Positions 17,457 to 27,729 of a DNA stretch of 64,000 nucleotides are shown here, piece by piece. The notes under the pieces were generated by a model. That model was not told the DNA's origin, ran no database searches, and saw only the letters and a list, made by a program, of their open reading frames with translations. The translations under genes were made by a program, and so were the position numbers. Source of the stretch: a virus. The stretch lies in the IMG/VR virus record IMGVR_UViG_3300023276_001265. One strand, given 5' to 3'. Every line of letters starts with the position of its first letter. Position 1 is the first letter of the stretch.

Positions 17457-20390
17457 ATGCCGATTATTCAATATCGGTCAGCAGGTGTTTACGGCCAGGA
17501 GAAGGCTCCAGCACGTGCCCCTGATCAGTTCTCGCCCGCAAAAATGGGCATCGTCGGTTGGACCCAGAAGGGCCCCACCAACTTCCCAATCGAGATCCGC
17601 TCGGTTGAGGACTTTACTCGTGTGTTCGGTCCGTCCAACACACGCGGTGTAGTTCCTCAGGAGATTCGTGGGTTCTTCGGAACTGGTGGAGAGCGAGCAT
17701 GGGTTAACCGCATCGCACCCGCCGACTCGACCTTCGCGTCGGTGGCCATCGATGACACTCCCGGACCGGAGAAGTGGACCTTTACGGCCAACGGCCAGGG
17801 TCTCTGGGGCAACGACCTGAAAATCCGTGTAAGCGGAAACAGGAACTTCCTCAACTTCACCACGAATTCGTGGGACAAGTACGATCTCCAGATCCTCGCC
17901 CCCGCCGACTTCAACCCGGCGTTCGATGATGCTGTGGAAACCTACGAGGCAATTCAGTTCGATGATCCGGCTGCTCCGGACTATCTTCTGAACGTGATTG
18001 CGGACCCCCGCCGTCCGAGTCTCCTGGTCACCACGACCATTGGCGTAGGTGGCGTACCTTCAGGGATGCTCCCTGTCACCGTACTAGCCGAGTCAGTGGG
18101 CACTGGTGGTGGGGCTCCTCTTGCCTCCCAATTCACAACGACTATCCAGAACGTACCTGTTCTGGAGAACACGTTGAAGTTGATTGCGGTGTCCGGGACG
18201 ACTAAGTTCCTGGCCCACACTCCTACGACCGGAACGATTAACGGCACGGATACAGCTTTCACGCTCCAGCTTACTAACCTTCCAGTGGTTGAGGGCTCAG
18301 CCCGCGTCTTCTACCAGAAGCAGCTTCTCACCAACGAGGTGCTTCCTGCTAGCGCTGGTCTCGTAGACGGCGTCAACAAGGTCTTCACCTTCAACGCTGG
18401 TGTTGTGGACAACCCGGTCCACCAGGAAATTACCAGCTTCAGCCTGAAGTATGCTGGCTCTGCGGCCGTGACTCAGACGCTGTCGACCACTGGTGGTGTG
18501 GCCGCAGTCTATGACTTGTCAGGCGTGGCCTTGTCGTCCACAGAAGTTCACCCAGGAACGCTCGCCATTTCGGTGAATGTTGATGGCGTTGGCCTGGCGA
18601 CTATCACCGATGACGGTGCTGGTAATCTGACCGGCGGCAGTGGCTCCCTCCCACTCGGTGGGACCGTTGATTACGCTTCTGGTTTGATGACCGGTATCAC
18701 GGCGCCGCTCGTAGCGCTTTCCGATGTCGACGCTAACCACGCCGTCTCCAACCTCATCACTAAGGACGCCGTCGAGACCCTTGAGGTCAGTGGCCTTGGT
18801 GGCACCAACATCGTTGGTAACGTCGTCTCTCAGGGTGGTGTAACAGGAACGATCCTGTCCATTTTGGGAAGTGTATGGAAGGTGGGCGGTGTCACAGGTG
18901 GCCCGTTCATCGCAGGCGCTTTCACGACCGATGGGCCTGGAACTGGAACGGTCGATCTGGCTTACGCCAGTGAAGTGGAACAGGATGTCCCTCTCCTCGG
19001 ATCTATCGATGGCGCTGGAATTAACCTGATCGACCTGACCGACAGCGCAACCAACCTTTCAGTTGGCTCTGGGCTGATCGAGGTCACGACTCTCGTGGCT
19101 CCTCTGGCGGGGACGTTCTTCTTCCTCGACTACGTCTGCCTCGGTAACGTCTGGTCGAACACGACTGGAAACCTGCTCGGCGACGTGACGGCTACGTCCA
19201 CGATCAACGCTGATACTGGTGCCGTCTCGATGACGACAGTGTTCGCGCCCCTCACGGGCTCGACTATCAATTCCTGGTATCAGACTGGTCAGTATGCCGA
19301 GGACAACGGCCTGGGCGCGATTGTTGGTGATGTTGATGCCACTGGCACGAACACAATCAACTACGCTACTGGAGCCTTGGACTTCACCTGGGTTTCGCCG
19401 CCACCGGCTGCGACACCGATCACGGCGTCATACACCAAGCTGTCGTCCGCAATTCAGTTCCAGATGACTGGTGGAACTGATGGAACGGTTATCTCGCGGA
19501 ACGAGATATCGAACCCGACGCTGGATGGGACCAAGACGGGTATTTACGCCCTGGATCTCGTTGAGGAACCTCTTAACGTGGTGGTGCCAGACTTCGAGGG
19601 CTCAGCGTTCGTACAGGCAGACATCGTAGACTTCTGCGATGCCCGTCAAGATAGGTTCGCGCTCTTCGCGCTAGCTAACGGCACTACGGTGCCCGAGGCG
19701 ATCCAGTATGTGCTGGTGACCCAGGCCTTCAACACGAAGAACGCGGCTATCTACTACCCGAACGTCTACTTCATCAACGACTCGACCGACCTGCCCGAGC
19801 TCATTCCCGCCAGTGGCTTTGCCGCAGGCGTGATCGCGAAGACGGCTCGGAACAAGAACATCGGCAAGTCACCTGCCGGTGTCGTCGATGGAGCGCTGGA
19901 CGCTGCTGGAACGGTCGGACCTGAGTTCAAGCTCACTCGCTTGGACCAGGACAACCTCTACCAGTCTAGGGTCAACCCGCTGCCGTCTACTGCGGCTACG
20001 GGGTTCATCATCAACGGTGCTCGTTCTCTGTCGAAGGAGCCGCGCTGGCGCTACGTCAATGCTCGCCTCCTCAACAACTTCCTGATGTACACCACGTCGT
20101 TGCAGCTTCAGTGGACCGTGTTCGAGAACAACGGACCGGCACTCTGGCAGAAGATCGAAACGGCTCTCCGGGGCTACTACAGCTCGCTCTTCCGTTTGGG
20201 CTACTTCTTCGGGAACACTCAGGAAGAAGCGTTCTTCATCAAGTGCAACGCGAACAACAACAGCTCGGTGACGATCGACCAGGGCAAGGTCCTGATCGAC
20301 ATTGGCTTCTCGCCGAACAAGCCAGCTGAGTTCGTGATCTTCACGCTGTCTCAGCCAGCTGGCACTGCTAGTTCGCAGGCGTCGGTCTAA
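17457..20390 (+). CDS. Contractile tail sheath protein with a large central insertion
   Basis: GVY..E; GWTQKGP...IRSVEDFTRVFG; C-terminal AAIYYP, PASG..AG, WRYVNARLL, VFENN...LW, AFFIKC..NN, IGFSPNKPAEFV. Confidence 0.95.
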   Translation: MPIIQYRSAGVYGQEKAPARAPDQFSPAKMGIVGWTQKGPTNFPIEIRSVEDFTRVFGPSNTRGVVPQEIRGFFGTGGERAWVNRIAPADSTFASVAIDDTPGPEKWTFTANGQGLWGNDLKIRVSGNRNFLNFTTNSWDKYDLQILAPADFNPAFDDAVETYEAIQFDDPAAPDYLLNVIADPRRPSLLVTTTIGVGGVPSGMLPVTVLAESVGTGGGAPLASQFTTTIQNVPVLENTLKLIAVSGTTKFLAHTPTTGTINGTDTAFTLQLTNLPVVEGSARVFYQKQLLTNEVLPASAGLVDGVNKVFTFNAGVVDNPVHQEITSFSLKYAGSAAVTQTLSTTGGVAAVYDLSGVALSSTEVHPGTLAISVNVDGVGLATITDDGAGNLTGGSGSLPLGGTVDYASGLMTGITAPLVALSDVDANHAVSNLITKDAVETLEVSGLGGTNIVGNVVSQGGVTGTILSILGSVWKVGGVTGGPFIAGAFTTDGPGTGTVDLAYASEVEQDVPLLGSIDGAGINLIDLTDSATNLSVGSGLIEVTTLVAPLAGTFFFLDYVCLGNVWSNTTGNLLGDVTATSTINADTGAVSMTTVFAPLTGSTINSWYQTGQYAEDNGLGAIVGDVDATGTNTINYATGALDFTWVSPPPAATPITASYTKLSSAIQFQMTGGTDGTVISRNEISNPTLDGTKTGIYALDLVEEPLNVVVPDFEGSAFVQADIVDFCDARQDRFALFALANGTTVPEAIQYVLVTQAFNTKNAAIYYPNVYFINDSTDLPELIPASGFAAGVIAKTARNKNIGKSPAGVVDGALDAAGTVGPEFKLTRLDQDNLYQSRVNPLPSTAATGFIINGARSLSKEPRWRYVNARLLNNFLMYTTSLQLQWTVFENNGPALWQKIETALRGYYSSLFRLGYFFGNTQEEAFFIKCNANNNSSVTIDQGKVLIDIGFSPNKPAEFVIFTLSQPAGTASSQASV

Positions 20391-20413
20391 GGCCCGGTCA
20401 CTCGGCCTCTGTC

Positions 20414-20443
20414 GAAACCCCCCGTCTTAGACGGGGGTTTCTT
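20414..20443 (+). terminator. Intrinsic terminator after the sheath gene
   Basis: GAAACCCCCCGTCT-T-AGACGGGGGTTTC-TT hairpin. Confidence 0.75.
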
Positions 20444-20614
20444 CATGTACGGATACCTAACCAATCTGTTCCAGTCTCTTCCTTAGCCGCACTGAGATGG
20501 TAGCTTTCTAATTCGACAAGCCTGTGCGGGGGCCTAGTATCCGCAACTAAGTCATGCGAATTCCACGAACTGCAATCCGAATCGACGCCGGGCGTCACAG
20601 GAGCTTTCACCAGC

Positions 20615-20681
20615 CCTCCTAGTTGAATTACGGGCCCAGGGTACGTACCAACGGACCCCTAAATCCCGTAATCCTAGGAGG
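20615..20681 (+). promoter_or_regulatory. Long hairpin sequestering the SD of ORF 20687
   Basis: CCTCCTAG/CTAGGAGG and ATTACGGG/CCCGTAAT stems, with an inner GGGT/ACCC stem. Confidence 0.55.
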
Positions 20682-20686
20682 ATGCA

Positions 20687-20917
20687 ATGTTTGTGGTACC
20701 AAAACACGACCGAGAATGGGTCGCGTGGATCAAGGAGGAGGTCGCCCACAGGCGTCTCCCCTGTATGGCCGGGTGTGGAACCAAGGCCACCAAGATCAAG
20801 CTAGTAGGGAAGAGATCAGGCGCCTTCTGCGGCTCTTGCTACGGCGAAATCTACTATGGGAACATTCCCAAGCTCGACCGACCGAAGGGTCTTAAGCGGG
20901 CCCGCAGGCGTCACTAG
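20687..20917 (+). CDS. Small basic zinc-ribbon-like protein
   Basis: AGGAGG SD; CMAGC...CGSC. Confidence 0.6.
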   Translation: MFVVPKHDREWVAWIKEEVAHRRLPCMAGCGTKATKIKLVGKRSGAFCGSCYGEIYYGNIPKLDRPKGLKRARRRH

Positions 20918-21159
20918 ACACTAGCCAGCAAGTCCAACACGGTTGCCGTCGTGATTAACCGTCGAGGCGCCCAGATAATGCAGTCTGGGTCTGTCTGTCG
21001 GTATACCTTCACGTTTGATGCGCCCCAGTCGTCGCGATCCCTGTTCTCGAACTCCACGACCCAGAGGCACTGTCGCTGACTTGGCGTCCAGCCGTCACCT
21101 ATGAACCTTACAGTTTCGCCGTGCTTGAACATTTTGAGCTCTGAATTCTGCTGATCCAT
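20914..21159 (-). CDS. Hypothetical protein
   Basis: SD-like sequence and ATG; convergent stop overlap. Confidence 0.5.
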   Translation of the reverse strand: MDQQNSELKMFKHGETVRFIGDGWTPSQRQCLWVVEFENRDRDDWGASNVKVYRQTDPDCIIWAPRRLITTATVLDLLASV

Positions 21160-21252
21160 CCCTACACCTCCAGTCGTTGATTACTTCTACCCTTCTCGGC
21201 CTCTGCGGACGAGCAGGATACTCGACCTGCCTGGGACTTATCGCTAGTCGCC

Positions 21253-21268
21253 GGTGTATACTGATGCT
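21253..21268 (+). promoter_or_regulatory. Conserved upstream element GGTGTATACTGATGCT, copy 1
   Basis: Identical 16-mer at 22744-22759; contains TATACT and TGATGC. Confidence 0.65.
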
Positions 21269-21298
21269 TCAGTCCCTTATCTGGGGAGGGCATCACCT

Positions 21299-22738
21299 AT
21301 GGCATGGATTGTCAAGACTTACGTCGTCATCTCTCAGACCCCAATCGTGGTCGAGGACTTGGCGCTTGGGACTACTACAAGCTACGAGGCGGGAGAGTTT
21401 TTCACTGCTAGTGAGAACAACCCATCTGTAGTTCGGCTGCTCGCAGCGCAGCATATTGTTGAGTCGTTCGGCCCCTCCCCTTCTGGGTTCGTAATTGACA
21501 ACACCACCGGCATTAACAGCCTCCAGGCTGTACTGGGTGTAGGAAATATCACCGGTGGTAACCCGATCATCATGTCCAATGGGGACAACCTCATTGGTGC
21601 CACTGACGGTGGATGGAGTATTGGCCAACCTGGAGCTAGACGGCCCGCAAATATCTACGTTGGAACGCAGATCGTGGTTGGGAACACGATCACCATCGAT
21701 ACCAACTCCATTGTGGGAAGCGGCGCTTTGGCGCTGTCCTCGACTGGTGCGACCTCTGATCTGACCCTCACCGGGCGAGGGACCGCAATCGCCTTAAATG
21801 AGGCTACGGAGCTGACGCTCGACACGACAAACCAGACAATCGTCGGATCTATCAACGAGCTTGATGCGGCCATTGCAGCGATCTCAATTGATTTGCCTGC
21901 GGTTCTCGTTGCGGGAAACACCACAGGGCCGACTAGCATCGTCATCACTAGTGGCCAGCAAATCGGCGGCGGACGCGCAAACTTCGGGAGCGCAACTTCT
22001 GCGGCTGCAGATGGCGATCTATCCGCAGGTGATGGCACCAATGAGATGTCCTGGGACGCGAGCGCAAAACTGCTTCGTGTTGGTGATGCGCTTTATGGCG
22101 CAGCGACACCGCTTTCTGTAACGGCTACTGGTGCTGGCGGGTTTGACCACTACCGCATATCAGCGAACACTGCTGGCGGCACCTTCAGGGGGTTGAAGGC
22201 TCGCGGCACACCAGGCTCTCCTACGGTCTACCTTAATGGCGATACCGCTCTCTCCGTGTCCGGCTTTGGCTACCACCCAAGCGCTGGTGGTGACGGCATG
22301 ATGCAGCTTGGTGCCATCCGAGTTATCGCGGACGGTGTCCCTGGTGCTACTTCGGCACCAGGAAAGCTCCAGTTTGGGACTACGCCTACGGGCGCCCAAT
22401 TCAGCACCAGCCGCTGGGAGATGTTGAGCGCGGGACACTTCGTTGCGGTTGCCGACAACGCCTACGACATTGGTGCCTCTGGTACTACTCGTCCTCGCAC
22501 AGGCTACTTCGGAACGAGCGTCGTCACGCCTACGCTCTCGGTCAGTAGCGGTATCACGAACTCGACCGGTATTGCTTACGCCGGAGCTTCTCCTGTGTTC
22601 ACGGCAGAATTGGCTCTTTTGACCGCAGTGGGCGATAGCGCCTATTTCACCAAGGCTGCGGCCAATACCTACCTGGCCTTCCGCCACTCCACAGGTGGGG
22701 GTGACATTACCGATTTTCACATGGTGATGCTCAGCTAG
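21299..22738 (+). CDS. Fibre-like virion protein
   Basis: GGGAGGG SD before ATG 21299; Gly/Thr/Ala-rich; DNAYDIGASGTTRPRT and TIVGSINEL motifs. Confidence 0.75.
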   Translation: MAWIVKTYVVISQTPIVVEDLALGTTTSYEAGEFFTASENNPSVVRLLAAQHIVESFGPSPSGFVIDNTTGINSLQAVLGVGNITGGNPIIMSNGDNLIGATDGGWSIGQPGARRPANIYVGTQIVVGNTITIDTNSIVGSGALALSSTGATSDLTLTGRGTAIALNEATELTLDTTNQTIVGSINELDAAIAAISIDLPAVLVAGNTTGPTSIVITSGQQIGGGRANFGSATSAAADGDLSAGDGTNEMSWDASAKLLRVGDALYGAATPLSVTATGAGGFDHYRISANTAGGTFRGLKARGTPGSPTVYLNGDTALSVSGFGYHPSAGGDGMMQLGAIRVIADGVPGATSAPGKLQFGTTPTGAQFSTSRWEMLSAGHFVAVADNAYDIGASGTTRPRTGYFGTSVVTPTLSVSSGITNSTGIAYAGASPVFTAELALLTAVGDSAYFTKAAANTYLAFRHSTGGGDITDFHMVMLS

Positions 22739-22743
22739 CAGCT

Positions 22744-22759
22744 GGTGTATACTGATGCT
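22744..22759 (+). promoter_or_regulatory. Conserved upstream element GGTGTATACTGATGCT, copy 2
   Basis: Identical to 21253-21268. Confidence 0.65.
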
Positions 22760-22788
22760 GTAACTGCAGCTTCCCCGGCGGAGTAGCC

Positions 22789-24681
22789 ATGTCAGCGTCC
22801 ACCAAGACTTATCTTGTAGTCTCTGCTCTACCAGTAGTGGTAGAGGACGGGGGCATCTCGATCAGCTACCAGCCGGGGGCTGTTTTCGAGGCTCTAACCT
22901 CGAACCCTTCTGTTGTAAGACTGCTCGGGATTGAGCAAATCATCGAGACGACAGGGCCTTCATCGACCGGAACAACGGTAATTCAAGGGCCCATTGGCCC
23001 TATCGGGCCTGTTGGTCCCATCGGCCCCATTGGTCCGAATGGGGGGCTCCTAGTCGCGCTCGTGATCGATCCCACAACCGGCGGGAACGACATCGAGATG
23101 ACCGATGCTGACAACATCATCGGCCAGTCTGATGGTGGTTGGGGAATCGGGACACCGGACGCGGGGGCGACTCTGCTCCGACCCGATACGATTTATGTAA
23201 AGACCAGCATCATCATCGGGGACACGGTCACAGTCAACACTGGAGCGGTCACCGGCAGCGCCGCTCTATTAGTGATCTCCGGAGCGGCAACTGACCTGAG
23301 CCTCTCTGGGGGCGATGCTGTAGCGCTCTCCAACGATAATGGTGGAGCTGTCGTCCTTACCGCTGGAGCAAAGAACGGTATAGGAACAGACGGCAAGATC
23401 GAGTTCCGTGGAAACTACGCGAACCCCCTTGTCATGGACGTTGATGGAGCCGTCAACCTCTACGATACGTCTGCAAATAAGGTCATTGAGCTCCTTGCAG
23501 ACCCAGGGGCTCTTAGGGTGGGCCGCAATACCGCACTGACCGCAGCCGAGGGTGACTTCATCTTTGGCAACGACGCTACGCTGACCGGAGTTCAGACAGG
23601 GATCCTATTCTGGGATGCGAGCACCTCGGAGCTGGTGCTCAGGGACAATACCGCCAACCGGATGATGCTTATTGGAGGGGCCTCAAATGAGCTCGCCATC
23701 TACGGCTCTACCGGCATTCGAGGGCTAAAGGCCACTGTAAACGGCGGAACGGCCGAGTTTAGAGCTGAAGACGCTGCGGACCGAACTGGAGTGGACGCGG
23801 TCCTATCTGTTCTCCTCCGTGGTGGAAATGCCGATGGGGTTGAGAACGGCGGTGTCCTCACACTGGAGGCGGGTCGCGCCCTTGGCTCAGGAACTGATGG
23901 CGAGCTACGCCTCCGAACCGGAAACACCGATAGGTGGATCGTCGGTCCGACCGGCCACCTCGTGGCCGGAGTCGATAACACCTATGACATCGGCGCATCG
24001 GCGGCGACTCGCCCAAGAACCGTCTTCATCGGAACTAGCGGTGTAGTCGCGGAGGGAGGAACGAGCGCTGTCACGATCGGTGATGGCGCGATCACAGCCA
24101 CCGTCGGGCTGGGACTCACGGCCGGGGCGGCAGGCGACCTAGACCTAGCTGCGCGTGGCAGCACCGCTATCCCATTTAACGAAGTCGGCCACCTGGCCTT
24201 TACCGGCACAGTGGCCGGGTTCTCGGTGGTTCGCGCCGTCAACACGATTGAGACGGCTGGCACACCAGACCTGGCCACCGTTCTTGGACTTGGAAACACC
24301 ACCGGCGCCAACGATATCCTGATTGCAGCAGGCCAGGAACTGACGGCCGCGCCGGGCGATTCGCTCTCAATCTCCTGCACCGACCCCGCAGGAGACACGG
24401 TTCCTGGAACCGTGACCATTTCCGCTGGTAACGCCAACGGTCCGACGAACAACGACGGTGGGGACGTCACGCTTCTGCCTGGTAATGAGAATGGTGCAGG
24501 GAATCCTGGCCGTATTCTCCTCACGTCTAGTGGCACATCCTATCCGCTTACGGACGCAACGACCTCTGGGCCCGCGCTGACCACGACGGCACAGACCCTT
24601 GTCGAGGCCATCAATGAACTTGATGTGGCCACTGCTACTGACTCGGACAACCACATTATCGCCAACCAGGTCTTTAGGTAG
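22789..24681 (+). CDS. Fibre-like virion protein with a short collagen-like (GPI)n segment; paralog of ORF 21299
   Basis: GPIGPIGPVGPIGPIGP; DNTYDIGASAATRPRT; TLVEAINEL. Confidence 0.75.
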   Translation: MSASTKTYLVVSALPVVVEDGGISISYQPGAVFEALTSNPSVVRLLGIEQIIETTGPSSTGTTVIQGPIGPIGPVGPIGPIGPNGGLLVALVIDPTTGGNDIEMTDADNIIGQSDGGWGIGTPDAGATLLRPDTIYVKTSIIIGDTVTVNTGAVTGSAALLVISGAATDLSLSGGDAVALSNDNGGAVVLTAGAKNGIGTDGKIEFRGNYANPLVMDVDGAVNLYDTSANKVIELLADPGALRVGRNTALTAAEGDFIFGNDATLTGVQTGILFWDASTSELVLRDNTANRMMLIGGASNELAIYGSTGIRGLKATVNGGTAEFRAEDAADRTGVDAVLSVLLRGGNADGVENGGVLTLEAGRALGSGTDGELRLRTGNTDRWIVGPTGHLVAGVDNTYDIGASAATRPRTVFIGTSGVVAEGGTSAVTIGDGAITATVGLGLTAGAAGDLDLAARGSTAIPFNEVGHLAFTGTVAGFSVVRAVNTIETAGTPDLATVLGLGNTTGANDILIAAGQELTAAPGDSLSISCTDPAGDTVPGTVTISAGNANGPTNNDGGDVTLLPGNENGAGNPGRILLTSSGTSYPLTDATTSGPALTTTAQTLVEAINELDVATATDSDNHIIANQVFR

Positions 24682-24689
24682 GGACGCCA

Positions 24690-25031
24690 ATGGCTACATT
24701 TTCAAAGGTAATTCTCTCAGGCAGTACTGATGGACGCCCCGTTTCTGTGGTGCAAACAGCCACCGCTGGTGATCTCTTACACACCGCTGATGCCTCGGCG
24801 ATCGATGAGGTATGGCTCTACGCGCTAAACCGGCATACGGGCGATGTCGTACTCACTATCGAGCTTGGCGGCGTAACCGCTGGTGATCTGATCACCGTTA
24901 CCCTCACCGCTGATGGTGGGCCGGTGCTGATTGTTCCTGGCACGCCCATGACCAACAGCCTCGTAGTCCGAGCTTTTGCTGATACGACCGCTGTCGTATC
25001 AGTGTTCGGTTGGGTGAACAGGATCTCCTAA
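24690..25031 (+). CDS. Small putative virion protein
   Basis: SD and ATG; beta-rich; directly follows a fibre gene. Confidence 0.65.
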   Translation: MATFSKVILSGSTDGRPVSVVQTATAGDLLHTADASAIDEVWLYALNRHTGDVVLTIELGGVTAGDLITVTLTADGGPVLIVPGTPMTNSLVVRAFADTTAVVSVFGWVNRIS

Positions 25032-25210
25032 TGGCTGTAACATTTGATTTAGGTAACGGCACTAGTGCCCATGTTGAGGATAACGCACACCTAATCGATG
25101 TGCTTGGTAAGGGTATGGTCGAGGCGCAAAACGTCGTGCAGGGTGACAAAATCTGCAATGTTGCAGGCCAGCCTCATAACGAAGTCCTGTCTGCTCCGGT
25201 GGTCGTCTAA
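25031..25210 (+). CDS. Small hypothetical protein
   Basis: TAATG stop/start coupling at both ends. Confidence 0.55.
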   Translation: MAVTFDLGNGTSAHVEDNAHLIDVLGKGMVEAQNVVQGDKICNVAGQPHNEVLSAPVVV

Positions 25211-27420
25211 TGGCTAACACGCCAGCAGCACAGATAGTCGTACTTATCGAAGGCGCGGCTCCGATTGTGTCCGTTCTCTTGGGCGGCGCTAGTCTTGGCG
25301 CTCAGGACGGGGCTGATTTGGGCACGGGCGGCGCTGCCGTGGCACAGGCAGAGGCCGCAGCACACGCGGGAACTATCGCCTTCAACCGCGCCGTGGAATT
25401 CAGGGACGACCGCTACGCGCTCACCGCCTCAACAGCCGGGGGCTTGAATCAGTCTGGCTGCTACCGGAGAGGTCAAGGTGGGGTTGAACAGTGGGGCCTA
25501 GTTTCTGAGGCTGGTGACGAGGCTCTACAGGTTGGCGCGACCAGTGGACTGTTTGTTCTTCACCCGAATGGCGTCCCAACGCTCTGCTATCTCAAGAACA
25601 CTACCGGCAACAGGATCATGGCGTTTAGTACGACAGACGGCGTCAGCGGATCGAACTGGATCTCGACGGGCGTGATTGCTGCAACGGGGGCGACCGTTCT
25701 CCAGGCGGGTCAGGCTATTGCCTTCAAGAGTTCAATCGTTTGGTCGCATATCCGTCATTCTGATTCTGCGGGCAACGGCTGTATCACCCAGTTCGATTTC
25801 AGTACGGGGCTGCTCACGCGCTACGACCCTGTAGCTCTCTTCGACGCGGTCAACCCAGGCTGCTCTTACGGGCTGCACGTTCACGACAGCGTCTTGTTCG
25901 TGTTCGGCTGGACACCAGGGACGGCAGGCTACAGCGTGGCTAAACTCGCTGGTTCGTTCGCAGCCGTCCAGACCGCTACGAATCAGTTTGGCGAAGCTGC
26001 CGCTGGTAACACGGGAGCCTACGGTCACTCGGCCATGTTCACTGACCCGGCCACTGGAGACCTGATCGTCTTCATGTCTGGCGACACGAACGGTGGTGGC
26101 GGTATCCCCGGTGTCCGTGTCGGACGCATTCAAAACGCAACCGGCGGTTCCCCTTCGTTCTCGGAGATCCAAGCGACAGTCTTGGGTGCTGTCGAAGGGG
26201 CAGATAAATACGCAGCCGGTGGCGGGGCCGCGAGCGAGATTCGCCGCTTCTCTGTTTTCGTAGACATCGTCACTGCCCCTGGCACTGTTCGCACGTTCAT
26301 TTACACCTGGCTCCCTGGCGGCACTACCGAGTGCTGGGAGTGGAAGGGTATCGGAGCAGAGATCGAGTCGGTCGGTGCGGGTGCTGGGATTTCCGACAAC
26401 TACGCGATCCCCTACGTGACGGCGGGTGGGGGACACCGTACACCCAGCACGGCGCGAATCTCAATCGGCGACATCGCGAATCCACCCGCTGAAGTCTCGG
26501 GTGGCACTCAGATATTCTTCCGCGCAGCAGGAGCAGATACAGCCAAGACTCTCCAGTTCAGAGGCTCCGACAACCAAGGCGCACCGACCACTATCGTTCC
26601 TATCGTTGCTGCGTCTCTCACGTTAACCAAGCCATTGCTCGACCTTGACCTGGAGGTCTACTACAAATTCAACGACAACGGTGACGACTCCTCCCCCAAC
26701 CTTCGGCACCTCACCTACTCAGGCGCTGAAGCCTACGCGACCGGGAGGTTTGGGAACGGTTACTCGCTAGCGGGCGTGGACGGCGTCCACGCCGAAACGA
26801 GCCCTACTGATCTCACCGCTCTTGAGTTGGTCGGCCACTACACGATCTCCGCGTGGATCAATCTCACGTCGCTGGCCACGCGCTCCGTGATCTGCGAGAA
26901 ATATAGCAACCCTGGAGGCTGGACTCTCTACGTCGAACCCACAGGAGAAGTTGAGTTCGTCTACAACGGCACAGGCATAGTCCTCACACCTACGGGGGAC
27001 ATTACCGCTGCGACCCTCCAGCACGTCATGGTGGTCGCAGACGGAGATACGATCAAGATTTTCGTAGACGGGGTCGAGCGTGCGTCCACTGCATTCGTAG
27101 CCAATGCAGCCACCGCTACTCCGTTCTGGATCGGAGACTCGGTGAGTCAAGTCGCGCCATTCAACGGAGTGATTGACGAGCTTGCAATTTGGACACGAGC
27201 CTTGGGCGCAACTGAGCGCGGGTACGTCTACAATTCAGGCGCAGGCTTTGAGCTAGAGGGGCTCACTCCCTACGCGGCGGGTCAGCCGTCGATCAGTGCG
27301 AACACTGTTATCAATCTGACCCCAGACGGCGGTAGGACGCTCTACAGCGTGATCCTCGACACGGCGAGCGCGGGCATTGACGAGGGCGACACGGGCCTCT
27401 TGATCGCAGAACTGGCATAG
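25210..27420 (+). CDS. LamG/concanavalin A-like domain virion protein
   Basis: YYKFND...DSS; YTISAWIN; HVMVV....IKIFVDG; FNGVIDELAIWTRAL. Confidence 0.8.
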   Translation: MANTPAAQIVVLIEGAAPIVSVLLGGASLGAQDGADLGTGGAAVAQAEAAAHAGTIAFNRAVEFRDDRYALTASTAGGLNQSGCYRRGQGGVEQWGLVSEAGDEALQVGATSGLFVLHPNGVPTLCYLKNTTGNRIMAFSTTDGVSGSNWISTGVIAATGATVLQAGQAIAFKSSIVWSHIRHSDSAGNGCITQFDFSTGLLTRYDPVALFDAVNPGCSYGLHVHDSVLFVFGWTPGTAGYSVAKLAGSFAAVQTATNQFGEAAAGNTGAYGHSAMFTDPATGDLIVFMSGDTNGGGGIPGVRVGRIQNATGGSPSFSEIQATVLGAVEGADKYAAGGGAASEIRRFSVFVDIVTAPGTVRTFIYTWLPGGTTECWEWKGIGAEIESVGAGAGISDNYAIPYVTAGGGHRTPSTARISIGDIANPPAEVSGGTQIFFRAAGADTAKTLQFRGSDNQGAPTTIVPIVAASLTLTKPLLDLDLEVYYKFNDNGDDSSPNLRHLTYSGAEAYATGRFGNGYSLAGVDGVHAETSPTDLTALELVGHYTISAWINLTSLATRSVICEKYSNPGGWTLYVEPTGEVEFVYNGTGIVLTPTGDITAATLQHVMVVADGDTIKIFVDGVERASTAFVANAATATPFWIGDSVSQVAPFNGVIDELAIWTRALGATERGYVYNSGAGFELEGLTPYAAGQPSISANTVINLTPDGGRTLYSVILDTASAGIDEGDTGLLIAELA

Positions 27421-27424
27421 TTCT

Positions 27425-27652
27425 GTGGCCGAATTAAGCGCACCATTCCTCTGGACGAAAGGGGCAGCACAAACACCACGCCCTAGTGCTCCATTCCTCT
27501 GGACGAAGGGGGCGGCTCAGACTCCGCGCCCCAGTGCGCCTTTCCGATGGCTGAAGGGCGCCCCAGTGCTTCCCTCCCTGGTGACTACAGGGCTGAAGCC
27601 TAGATTCTTCCCTAGAAATAGAAGATTCGATCTTCCGGGGCCGATTTCGTAG
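27425..27652 (+). CDS. Small protein with tandem 16-aa repeats
   Basis: SAPFLWTKGAAQTPRP twice plus SAPFRWLKGA; the DNA repeats differ mainly at synonymous sites. Confidence 0.6.
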   Translation: MAELSAPFLWTKGAAQTPRPSAPFLWTKGAAQTPRPSAPFRWLKGAPVLPSLVTTGLKPRFFPRNRRFDLPGPIS

Positions 27653-27729
27653 TCATCGCATCAGCTGATGACATTTAGGTCATTCTCTGGTACGCTCCAT
27701 CAATCCCCGGTAAGTGCAGGAGAATACAC

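Noticed and set aside
27436-27561. 48-bp repeats as a CRISPR array
   Set aside because: No unique spacers; the repeat is conserved at protein level.
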